From positions 1 through 18,002 of the forward strand of contig JBIOWP010000064.1 in the NCBI GenBank assembly GCA_044868695.1: 18,002 nt of DNA. The letters run 5' to 3'. A program made the position numbers and the translations under genes. Positions 8,879 through 16,266 of this stretch are shown here, one piece after another (within the stretch, counting starts at the first letter, position 1; each line of letters begins with the position of its first letter). This DNA is from a bacterium. GTDB taxonomy: Bacteria > Sysuimicrobiota > Sysuimicrobiia > Sysuimicrobiales > Kaftiobacteriaceae. The notes beneath the pieces were generated by a model, which worked only from the letters and a program-made list of their open reading frames with translations, was not told where the DNA came from and made no database searches.

Positions 8879-8935
8879 TAGGCTCTTTGGCCTACCCTGC
8901 CCCAAAGTTCGCTCTCTGGTACGACCTTTGCTTCC
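8879..8935. promoter_or_regulatory. Cluster of candidate regulator boxes upstream of the Gly-rich protein gene
   Basis: TAGGC-TCTTTG-GCCTA inverted repeat (8879-8894), CCCCAAAGTT (8900-8909) and TACGACCTTTG (8920-8930). Confidence 0.35.
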
Positions 8936-8962
8936 TCTGCTCGGGGTAGGAGGCTGTCCGAC

Positions 8963-9550
8963 ATGAGAAGGGCTGTCTCGGGGACACTAGCCGCGCTGGT
9001 GCTCTCGCTCCTGGCCGGGGCCGTGACTCATCCGGCGTACGGGCAGGCCGCGCCTTCCGGTTTTGAGGCGGAGTTCTGCGGGAAAGTCCTGGCAAACGCC
9101 TCGGCCTACCCTCCTGCTATTGTGGCGCGGTGCCAGCAACTGCTCGGCCAAGCTAGCCAGGTGCCCACTGCGAGCGGGAGTACCGGCACCACCGGCTCCG
9201 GCACCACGACTGGAAGCGGAACCACAAGCGGAACGAGCGATACGAGCGGAACCGGAACAGGCAGCGGGACCGCCGACACGAGCGGAGCTGGGACGAGCGG
9301 CGCGACCGGCGATACGAGTGGAAGCGGAACAAGCGGTGGGACCGGCGACACAAGCGGAGGCAGTTCGGTCGGCGGCACAAGCGGCGGGACAAGCGGGGGA
9401 ACCAGTGGGGGCACAAGCGGCGGAAGCAGCGGCGGCGGCAAGGGCAACGGCAAGGGCGGCGGTGGCGGGAACGGTGGCGGTAACGGCGGTGGGAACGGTG
9501 GCGGTAACGGCGGTGGAAATGGCGGCGGTAAGGGGAAAGGCGGCGGCTAG
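8963..9550 (+). CDS. Secreted Gly/Ser/Thr-rich repeat protein of unknown function (195 aa)
   Basis: AGGAGG at 8948-8953, 9 nt before the ATG. Sec signal MRRAVSGTLAALVLSLLAGAVTHPAYG-Q, a short C-x17-C segment, then a long low-complexity tail. Confidence 0.8.
   Translation: MRRAVSGTLAALVLSLLAGAVTHPAYGQAAPSGFEAEFCGKVLANASAYPPAIVARCQQLLGQASQVPTASGSTGTTGSGTTTGSGTTSGTSDTSGTGTGSGTADTSGAGTSGATGDTSGSGTSGGTGDTSGGSSVGGTSGGTSGGTSGGTSGGSSGGGKGNGKGGGGGNGGGNGGGNGGGNGGGNGGGKGKGGG
9239..9520 (+). repeat. Coding tandem repeats: 4 x DTSG at a 36-nt period, 4 x 12-nt GGTS, 5 x 12-nt GGGN
   Basis: DTSG codons start at 9239, 9275, 9311 and 9347. GGTS x4 spans 9371-9418 and GGGN x5 spans 9461-9520. The GGTS and GGGN units differ only at synonymous positions. 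Confidence 0.9.
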
Positions 9551-10890
9551 GGTGTTCGGATGGTGCGGTAGGCGGCGAGTGCCCGGTCGATCAGTTCGTC
9601 GGTGCTTCCCAAGTATGCGGAAACGTCGAAGACCTGCTGCAGCGTGTCTGGCGCGAGCGCGCCGCGGACCTGTTCGTCGGATGCCGCCAGCTCTCTAAGG
9701 TGAGTTCCCGTCTGCGCGGCACGGTCGCTGAGCCGCTGGACGATGCGATAGGCTTCGGGCCGTCCAAGTGTACGGGCCAGCGCCATCGTCAGCGCCTCGG
9801 CCAGGATCAAGCCTCCGGTTAGATCAAGATTCGTTCGCATCCGCCCCGTGTCCACCTCGAGATGTTCCAGCGCGCGGTGCACCCACTCGATCGAGGCCGC
9901 GGTGAACCGGAACAGGTCCGGCACGGCCTGCCACTCTGCCTGCCAGCCGCCCGCCGCGCGTTCGTGTTCTTGCACGCCCGCCGCCAGGACCGTGGGGACC
10001 ACCCCCAGCGCCAGGTGCGCGGATGCCCTGGCGGCCGTAATTTCCACCGGGTTGCGTTTGTGGGGCATCGTCGATGAGCGCCCCGCGGTGTCCGTCGACG
10101 TCCCCGTGACTTCTCCAACCTCGGTCTGCGTGAGCAGCGAGATGTCGGCGGCGACTTTGGCCATCGCCCCCGCGACCAGGCCCAGGGCCGAGGCGATCTC
10201 GGCCATCCGGTCGCGTTCGGTGTGCCAGGGCAGGTCCGGCGTGCCCAGGTTGAGCTCGCGGGCCAGCAGCTCCATGACGTGGACGCCGTCGGTGCCCAGC
10301 GCCGCGAGCGTTCCGGCCGCCCCGCCCAACTGCACGACCACCGCACGCGCCTGCAGTTCGCGCAGCCGCTCTACCAGACGCGTCACGTGTGCCAGCCACC
10401 GCGCCGCTTTGAGGCCGAACGTAATCGGCACCGCGTGCTGCATCAGGGTGCGGCCGGCCATCGGCGTGCGCCGGTGGCGTTCGGCCAGCGCCGCGCACGC
10501 GCCCGCGACATCGAGGAGGCGCCCGGTCAGCAGGCGCAGGCCGTCCCTGATCTGGAGCATCATCGCGGTGTCGATCGCATCCTGGCTGGTCGCACCCCAG
10601 TGCACGAACCGGCGCCCGTCGCCCTCGACGCGTTCGGTCAGCATCTTGACCAGGGGAATCGCGGGTGTCCCGGCCAGGGCGGCATCCCGATAGAGCGCGT
10701 CGACGTCGAACAGGTCCACCTTGCAGCGGGAGGCGATCGCTTCGGCCGCGGCCCCAGCGATCAGGCCTGCGCGCGCCTGCGCGCGCGCCAGCGCGGCTTC
10801 GAACTCCAGCATCCGGGCGACCAGCGACCGGCCGGAGAAGGCTGCCGACATCTCCGGCGTGCTGAACTGCGTGTCCCCGATGTCCGTCAC
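9547..10890 (-). CDS. pcaB: 3-carboxy-cis,cis-muconate cycloisomerase
   Basis: Fumarase/aspartase superfamily signature SSTMPHKRNP; HWGATSQD, GRTLMQHA and EHERAAGGWQAEW. GTG start overlaps the pcaJ stop (GTGA). pca gene context. Confidence 0.92.
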   Translation of the reverse strand: MTDIGDTQFSTPEMSAAFSGRSLVARMLEFEAALARAQARAGLIAGAAAEAIASRCKVDLFDVDALYRDAALAGTPAIPLVKMLTERVEGDGRRFVHWGATSQDAIDTAMMLQIRDGLRLLTGRLLDVAGACAALAERHRRTPMAGRTLMQHAVPITFGLKAARWLAHVTRLVERLRELQARAVVVQLGGAAGTLAALGTDGVHVMELLARELNLGTPDLPWHTERDRMAEIASALGLVAGAMAKVAADISLLTQTEVGEVTGTSTDTAGRSSTMPHKRNPVEITAARASAHLALGVVPTVLAAGVQEHERAAGGWQAEWQAVPDLFRFTAASIEWVHRALEHLEVDTGRMRTNLDLTGGLILAEALTMALARTLGRPEAYRIVQRLSDRAAQTGTHLRELAASDEQVRGALAPDTLQQVFDVSAYLGSTDELIDRALAAYRTIRTP

Positions 10891-11657
10891 GATGCGCGGC
10901 CCGCCGCCTGTCCCGACCGGTTCAGTAGATCCTGGAGCACGGTGAGTTCCTGTGCCGTCGGAGGCGGGGTTGCTGTGACCTGTTCAGCAAATCGGACCGG
11001 CCAGCCGGTGCGCTCCGCGATGGTGTCGCGTGTCACCCCCGGGTGCACCGAGGCGACCACCAGTTCTTTCGTGGAGGGCTCAGGGCGCATGAGGCACAGG
11101 TCGGTGACCACGAGGCTGGGACCGGCCGTGCGCAGGCCGAGGCGCGTCCGGTGATCCGTGCCGGTCCCGAAGCCGAACGACGTGACGAAGTCGACGGCGG
11201 GCACAAACGTCCGGCGCGTCTGAGAGGCGATCACGAACACCTGGCCGCAGCAGCTGGCGATCTCCGGCGCCCCGCCGCCGCCGGGCAGGCGGACCTTGGG
11301 TTCGGCGTACGCGCCGATCACCGTGGTATTGATGTTGCCGAACCGGTCCAGCTGCGCGGCCGCCAAGAAGCCGATCGTGACGCGGCCCCCCTGCAGCCAG
11401 TACGCAAACATCTCGGGGACCGACACGGTCACGAGCGCCGTCTCGCACAGTTCCGGGTCGCCGATCGACAGCGGCAGGACGTGCGGCTTCGCGCCGATCG
11501 TCCCGGATTCGTAGATGAGGGTGATGTCCGGGGCGTGGGTGAGCCGGGCCAGGTTGCAGGCGGCGGAGGGCATCCCGATGCCGACGAAGCAGACGTCGTC
11601 GTTCTTCAACGCCCGCGCCGCCGCCACCATCATCATCTCTTCAGCGGTGAAACTCAC
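10887..11657 (-). CDS. pcaJ: 3-oxoadipate CoA-transferase subunit B, GctB/CatJ type (256 aa)
   Basis: Real start is GTG 11657 (GTGA overlap with the subunit A stop), not 12287 as in the ORF track. Motifs CFVGIGMPS, LIYESG (catalytic Glu), AAQLDRFGNIN and RLPGGGGAPEIA. Confidence 0.88.
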   Translation of the reverse strand: MSFTAEEMMMVAAARALKNDDVCFVGIGMPSAACNLARLTHAPDITLIYESGTIGAKPHVLPLSIGDPELCETALVTVSVPEMFAYWLQGGRVTIGFLAAAQLDRFGNINTTVIGAYAEPKVRLPGGGGAPEIASCCGQVFVIASQTRRTFVPAVDFVTSFGFGTGTDHRTRLGLRTAGPSLVVTDLCLMRPEPSTKELVVASVHPGVTRDTIAERTGWPVRFAEQVTATPPPTAQELTVLQDLLNRSGQAAGRAS

Positions 11658-12478
11658 GAGGGGGTTCCTGCCCGTGTCATGACGTTGGCTTCCATCCACG
11701 CCAGGAACGTCTCCCGCTCGCGCGCGATCCCGTCCCACGCGGTATAGAATGCGTTGTCCCGTTTGTAGTAGCCGTGCGCATAAGACGGGCGCGCGCCTCC
11801 GGGCGCCGCGACAATCGCGTCGACGGTCCACGCGGGCAGAACCACGGAGTTGGGGCTGGGCGGGCGCAGGTCGGTCACGATTTCTTCCACGGTGACGACC
11901 GCGCGGGAGGCGGCCAGCACGGCCTCCTTCTGCACGCCGACGATGCCCTCGATGAGCACGTTGCCCGCGCGGTCCGCCCGCTGCGCATGCACGACCGCGA
12001 CGTCGGGCCGGATGGACGGGATCGCGGCGAGCCGCTCGCCGGTGAAGGGGTCCTCGATAGACCGAATGGCAGGATTCACCCTGGGGAGATCGGTGCCCGT
12101 GTACCCGCGCAGGATGGCCAGCGGGAGGCCCGCCGCGCCCGCCGCGTAGGCGTGCGCCATTCCGGCGTGGCTGTGTTCTTCGAGCTCGAGCGGGGCGGGC
12201 CAGTCGTGCTCCACCGCGTCGCGAAGCCGGTGCAGCGACCCGACGCCGGGATTGCCACCCCAAGAGAAGATGAGCTTGCGCGCGCACCCCATCCCGATGA
12301 GCTGGTCGTAGATGAGGTCGGGGGTCATCCGCGCCAGTGTGAGGTTGCGTCTCCGCTGCCGGATCACCTCATGGCCGGCGGCGAAGGGGATCAGGTGCGT
12401 GAACCCCTCCATGGCGACGGTATCGCCGTCCCGGACATACTCTGCGATGGCTTCGGCGAGTGACAGGAACCGTGGCAC
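11654..12478 (-). CDS. pcaI: 3-oxoadipate CoA-transferase subunit A, GctA/CatI type
   Basis: DGDTVAMEGFTHLIPFAAGHE, RMTPDLIYDQLIG, FSWGGNPGVGSLHR and HAQRADRAGN. GTG start with AGGAG at 12487-12483. Confidence 0.9.
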   Translation of the reverse strand: MPRFLSLAEAIAEYVRDGDTVAMEGFTHLIPFAAGHEVIRQRRRNLTLARMTPDLIYDQLIGMGCARKLIFSWGGNPGVGSLHRLRDAVEHDWPAPLELEEHSHAGMAHAYAAGAAGLPLAILRGYTGTDLPRVNPAIRSIEDPFTGERLAAIPSIRPDVAVVHAQRADRAGNVLIEGIVGVQKEAVLAASRAVVTVEEIVTDLRPPSPNSVVLPAWTVDAIVAAPGGARPSYAHGYYKRDNAFYTAWDGIARERETFLAWMEANVMTRAGTPS

Positions 12479-12495
12479 GCTGCTCCTACCGCCGC

Positions 12496-13071
12496 CTACA
12501 GGTTGAAGAAGACGGTCTCCGCGTCGCCCTGCAGGACGATGTCGAACCGGTACGCGACCCGGCCGTCGACCCCCTGGCGCCTGGCCACCAGCGTCGACCG
12601 GCGCGGCTCGGATACCAGGTGCAGGACGGGATCGGCAGCGTTGGCGGCGGCATCGTCGAAGTAGACACGGGTCCGCAGGTGATCCAGCAGGCCGCGTGCG
12701 AAAACGAACAGGTTGAGGTGCGGCGCCTGCATGCGCTGCCCGTCGAAGGGGACGGGGCCGGGCTTGATCGTCTCGAACCAGAAGTAGCCGCGCTCATCTG
12801 TGCCGGCGCGCCCGAAACCGACGAACGCCGGGTCGAGCGGGACGGGGCGCACATCGGCGGCGTGACGGTAGCGGCCGGCCGCGTTCGCCTGCCAGATCTC
12901 TACGAAGGCATCGGAGACGCCTGCGCGATCTCCGTCGTAGACGTAGCCTTCCACACGGATGCGCTCGCCCAGGGTCTGGGGCGTTCCCATCACGTTCATC
13001 GTCTCGTGCAGCATCCCGCCGTGGAAGAATGGACCGACGGTTTGAGGAGGGGTGAGGCCGCGTCCGGTCAT
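12496..13071 (-). CDS. pcaG: Protocatechuate 3,4-dioxygenase alpha subunit
   Basis: TPPQTVGPFFH, EIWQANAAGRY, QAPHLNLFVFARGLL..L.TRVYF and YRFDIVLQGDAETVFF. ATGA overlap with pcaH. Confidence 0.96.
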   Translation of the reverse strand: MTGRGLTPPQTVGPFFHGGMLHETMNVMGTPQTLGERIRVEGYVYDGDRAGVSDAFVEIWQANAAGRYRHAADVRPVPLDPAFVGFGRAGTDERGYFWFETIKPGPVPFDGQRMQAPHLNLFVFARGLLDHLRTRVYFDDAAANAADPVLHLVSEPRRSTLVARRQGVDGRVAYRFDIVLQGDAETVFFNL

Positions 13072-13820
13072 CGCCGCGCGCGCTGCGTCGCCTCGAACGG
13101 TTCGAACGGTGTGGCGCGCGCGCCGCGCAGGACGATGTCGAAGCGGAAGCCAAGGGCGTAGCCTTCCTGGGTCACGTCGTGCGCGTACTGCGCGACTAGG
13201 CGCGCCCGCGCCGCCTCCGTGGGCACCGAATTGAAGATGGGATCAAGCGGCTGCAGCGGGTCACCGGGGAAGTACATCTGGGTGACCAGCCGTGAGACCC
13301 ACGCCGGCCCGAACAGCGAGAAGTGGATGTGGGCCGGCCGCCAGGCGTTGGGATGGTTCTGCCAAGGATACGCGCCCGGCCGGATCGTGACAAAGCGGTA
13401 GACACCCTGGTCATTCGTGAGGCAGCGGCCGAAGCCCAGGAAGTTCGGATCAAGCGGCGCCTGATGCTGGTCCACGCGGTGCCGGTACCGGCCCGCGGCG
13501 TTGGCCTGCCAGATCTCGATGAGCGTGCCGGGCAGCGCCGCGCCGTCCTCGTCGAGGACGCGGCCGGTGACGATGATCCGCTCACCCATCGCCTCCGCGC
13601 CGGTGCCCATGTTGGTCGTCAGGTCGCTGTCCTCCACGCCGGCGTCGCCCCGCACCGTATGGTGCAGGGCGTCGCTGATCGCCGGCCCCGGGCCGGTAAT
13701 CTCCGACAGCGTCAGCGGCAGCCGGACCAGCGGCTGGTGCGGCGCGCGGCGCACCGTGCTGCGGTAGGCCTCATACAAGTACGGCGGGAAGGTCGAGGGG
13801 TCGCGTCCCGGACCGTCCAT
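13068..13820 (-). CDS. pcaH: Protocatechuate 3,4-dioxygenase beta subunit
   Basis: TLSEITGP, EIWQANAAGRYRH (Fe-ligand Tyr), PGAYPW (Fe-ligand Tyr), WRPAHIHFS (Arg and two His ligands) and RLVTQMYFPGDP. Confidence 0.97.
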   Translation of the reverse strand: MDGPGRDPSTFPPYLYEAYRSTVRRAPHQPLVRLPLTLSEITGPGPAISDALHHTVRGDAGVEDSDLTTNMGTGAEAMGERIIVTGRVLDEDGAALPGTLIEIWQANAAGRYRHRVDQHQAPLDPNFLGFGRCLTNDQGVYRFVTIRPGAYPWQNHPNAWRPAHIHFSLFGPAWVSRLVTQMYFPGDPLQPLDPIFNSVPTEAARARLVAQYAHDVTQEGYALGFRFDIVLRGARATPFEPFEATQRARR

Positions 13821-14194
13821 TACGGCTCACCCGCTTCGCCCAGATGCGTTTTGGCCATCGCGAACGCGGTATTGGCCGCCGGGATGCCGGCGTAGATGGC
13901 CACGTGGAACAACGCTTCGACGATCTCTTTCGGGTCCACGCCGAGGGTGCGGCTGGCGCGCAGGTGGAGCGCGAGCTCTTCCCGGCCCAGCGCGGCCAGG
14001 ATCGCGATGGTGATGAGGCTGCGCGTGCGCCGGTCCAGATTGGGTCTGGTCCACACCGACCCCCACGCCGTCTCGGTGATGAACCGCTGGAAGTCGGCAT
14101 CCAGCGCGGTGGTCTGCCCCTGGGCCCTGGCCACATGCTCGGCCCCCAGGATCTCTTTGCGAACCTTCATGCCTGCGTCGTACCGAGAGTCCAT
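13820..14194 (-). CDS. pcaC: 4-carboxymuconolactone decarboxylase (124 aa)
   Basis: Start at ATG 14194 (TAATG overlap with the upstream stop). GMKVRKEILG, FQRFITETAWGSVWTRP.LDRRTRSLIT and AIYAGIPAANTAF. Confidence 0.95.
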   Translation of the reverse strand: MDSRYDAGMKVRKEILGAEHVARAQGQTTALDADFQRFITETAWGSVWTRPNLDRRTRSLITIAILAALGREELALHLRASRTLGVDPKEIVEALFHVAIYAGIPAANTAFAMAKTHLGEAGEP

Positions 14195-14919
14195 TAGCCC
14201 GCCCCGCCACCGTGTGACGTCGCAGTCTTCCTGACCAGGTACGCCCAAACCTGTTCGGGCGAATAGACGCGGCGGCGTTTGGCCAGCGCCTCGTCGTCGC
14301 TCGACCAGGTGCGGAGCTCGCCAGCGGCCATCGCCAGCAGCTGTTTGCGGCAGGCCCGCTCGAGCAGGATCGCCGCGACCACGGCCGCCTCGACGGTTTC
14401 GGCGGCGGTCACGGTGCCGTGGTGCACCAGCAGCGCGGCGTTGCGCACGCCCAGCGTCTCCGCCACTGCCTGGCCCAGCTCGCGCGTGAGGATCAGGTCG
14501 CCGGTTTTGGTGAAGCGCGCGATGTCGGGTGGGACGAAGATCGTCCCTTCATGGGAGATCGGACGCAGCGGCCGTTCGAGCGAGGCGAACGCGACGGCGT
14601 GCGGCGCGTGGGTGTGGACGACGCTGTTGACGTCCACCCGCGCGCGCATGATCTCAGTGTGGATGGGAAACTCCAGATGGCGGCGGCCCGTCCCTGCCAG
14701 CACCTCGCCGTCCCACCCGACCAGCAGCACCCGGTCCGGCGTGATCTCCTCGAAGCCCCAGCCCGTGGCCTTCATCCATACTCCGCGGCCGGCGGGGTCG
14801 CGGACGGAGACATGACCCAGGAAGAAGTCCCCCAGATCCTCGGTGGCCAGCACGCGTGAGGCCGTGGCGATCTGTTCGCGGATCGCCTGGTCGTGCGCGG
14901 TCAGGGTGGCCTTGCTCAT
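14194..14919 (-). CDS. Class II aldolase/adducin-fold metalloenzyme, possible aromatic-acid decarboxylase
   Basis: GHVSVR, EFPIH...SVVHTH (Glu plus HxH metal ligands) and LLVHHG (third His). The fold call is confident; the decarboxylase role is inferred from context. Confidence 0.85.
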   Translation of the reverse strand: MSKATLTAHDQAIREQIATASRVLATEDLGDFFLGHVSVRDPAGRGVWMKATGWGFEEITPDRVLLVGWDGEVLAGTGRRHLEFPIHTEIMRARVDVNSVVHTHAPHAVAFASLERPLRPISHEGTIFVPPDIARFTKTGDLILTRELGQAVAETLGVRNAALLVHHGTVTAAETVEAAVVAAILLERACRKQLLAMAAGELRTWSSDDEALAKRRRVYSPEQVWAYLVRKTATSHGGGAG

Positions 14920-14990
14920 CGTGTGTAGGAAGATTCGTCCAGCGAGAACTCCACGCCTTCACCATGGAGAGCGATGAGGATGACGCCCAT
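14916..14990 (-). pseudogene. 24-codon mini-ORF, probable 3' remnant of a cupin paralogue
   Basis: MGVILIALHGEGVEFSLDESSYTR*. Its LHGEGVEFSLDESSYTR aligns without gaps to LRRDGVEVRMEAAFYQR of the upstream cupin (15082-15132). It starts 1 nt after the cupin stop and ends in an ATGA overlap with the aldolase gene. Confidence 0.55.
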
Positions 14991-14991
14991 C

Positions 14992-16266
14992 TCACCGGTC
15001 ACGTGATCGTCCGGCCTTCGACTTTTGTGCGCTCCGCCGGGGTCGGCGTTCGAGGGCGGGAGCGGCGGCCGCGCCGCCGGGGCGCTGATAGAAGGCGGCC
15101 TCCATCCGGACTTCCACGCCGTCCCGCCGGAGGGTGGCTTCGTACTCATGGCGGATGAACGGATCTTCATCCCAGTAGGGGATGGCGCTGCCGCCTTCGT
15201 CCAGGTGCATCGCGTTCTTGTCCAGGACCTGTTCGCCGGGACGCCCGGGCTCACGCCCCGTGCCCCGGCCGAACGGCCCGAACCAGGCCATCAGACGCAG
15301 CGGATCGCGGCTCACCCCGAAATGCTGATGGAAGTGCTGGCCGCCCATCGGGGCGGCGCTGACCATCCCGACCGGTTCGTAATCCTGTCGGAGCACGTGA
15401 TCCGCCTGGCCCGTTTCCCACGGGCGCGTCCCGAGCTCCCGCGGCCAGGCGTACGTGTAGCCCTTGCCCGCGATGCAGATCAACACGGCCGCCGATTCGT
15501 GCGCATGCGCCTTCGAGTAGCGGCCCGCCTCGTGCTGGCCGATCCAGTGGTAGAAGACGTTCTTGGCCAGGTGAGGTTCCAGGCGCCGGAATCCCGGCGA
15601 GCGGCGGTTGTCAAGCGGCAGCGGAACGCGCACGGCGTCGGGGATGATGGCCGCCGTCACCATGGCCAGACCGCGGTACGGGTCGGGTTCGAGTTCCAGC
15701 GGGCGCGGCGTGAAGTAGTCCCCACTGCCGTCGTACCGGTCGCGGAAGACATAGGGGCAGTTGAAGACGAAGTCCTGGTTGGTGAACAAGTTGAACGCGC
15801 TGGGTGCGCTGGTGCCGGCGAGCAGCAGGGCCGGTCCGGAGGCCATGCTGTTGATGAGCCGGTGGTGGGTGTTGAGCGGGATCGCGAACAGCGAGCCGGG
15901 CTGCCACTCCAGGATCTCGTGCCGGGCGCCATCCTCGTGCCAGATCTCCGCGGCGCCCCGTCCTTCCACGACGAAGATGATTTCCTCATATAAGTGGCGC
16001 TCGGGATGGAGCGCCTGGGCAGCGGGGATCTCGACGAGGTAGCATCCCCAGATCCCTTCGGTTCCGTACAGCTGAATGAACGTGCCCTTCCCGCCGACTC
16101 GCGCCCACGGGGCGAGCGGGAGGTCCTGCACCCGCTTGACGCCGATCCCGCGGTAGATCGGGATCCCCTGGGATTCCATGAAACTGTCGTAGGGAGAGGG
16201 AGGTCGCCGCCACTTGCCATAGCCCGCCCGCGCGTCTCCCCGGGGTTCCTGCCATGCGCCGGTCAT
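14992..16266 (-). CDS. Bicupin-domain protein of unknown function (424 aa)
   Basis: Start at ATG 16266 (ATGA overlap with tctB). Cupin 1: PERHLYEEIIFVVEGRG ... WQPGSLFAIPLNTHHRLIN. Cupin 2: YSKAHAHESAAVLICIAGKG ... HFHQHF. Confidence 0.85.
   Translation of the reverse strand: MTGAWQEPRGDARAGYGKWRRPPSPYDSFMESQGIPIYRGIGVKRVQDLPLAPWARVGGKGTFIQLYGTEGIWGCYLVEIPAAQALHPERHLYEEIIFVVEGRGAAEIWHEDGARHEILEWQPGSLFAIPLNTHHRLINSMASGPALLLAGTSAPSAFNLFTNQDFVFNCPYVFRDRYDGSGDYFTPRPLELEPDPYRGLAMVTAAIIPDAVRVPLPLDNRRSPGFRRLEPHLAKNVFYHWIGQHEAGRYSKAHAHESAAVLICIAGKGYTYAWPRELGTRPWETGQADHVLRQDYEPVGMVSAAPMGGQHFHQHFGVSRDPLRLMAWFGPFGRGTGREPGRPGEQVLDKNAMHLDEGGSAIPYWDEDPFIRHEYEATLRRDGVEVRMEAAFYQRPGGAAAAPALERRPRRSAQKSKAGRSRDR

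Noticed and set aside
7708..8964. Long antisense or alternate-frame ORFs (for example 7708-8964, 2665-3633, 10222-11154, 15025-15993)
   Set aside because: They overlap well-supported genes, have no recognisable motifs, and are expected in high-GC DNA with few stop codons.
9239..9520. Periodic repeats considered as a CRISPR array or non-coding VNTR
   Set aside because: The units are 12 or 36 nt, in frame and degenerate at third codon positions, with no repeat-spacer structure and no cas genes.
11658..12287. Apparent 210-aa N-terminal extension of pcaJ, and similar extensions of the RND, tolC, receiver, pcaC and cupin ORFs
   Set aside because: These are read-back extensions into upstream genes or intergenic DNA. 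Internal starts with an RBS or stop/start overlap fit the family N-termini better.
13068..13820. PcaH considered as a variant dioxygenase with altered substrate range
   Set aside because: The active-site segment PGAYPW...WRPAHIHFS is canonical, and nothing visible points to altered specificity.
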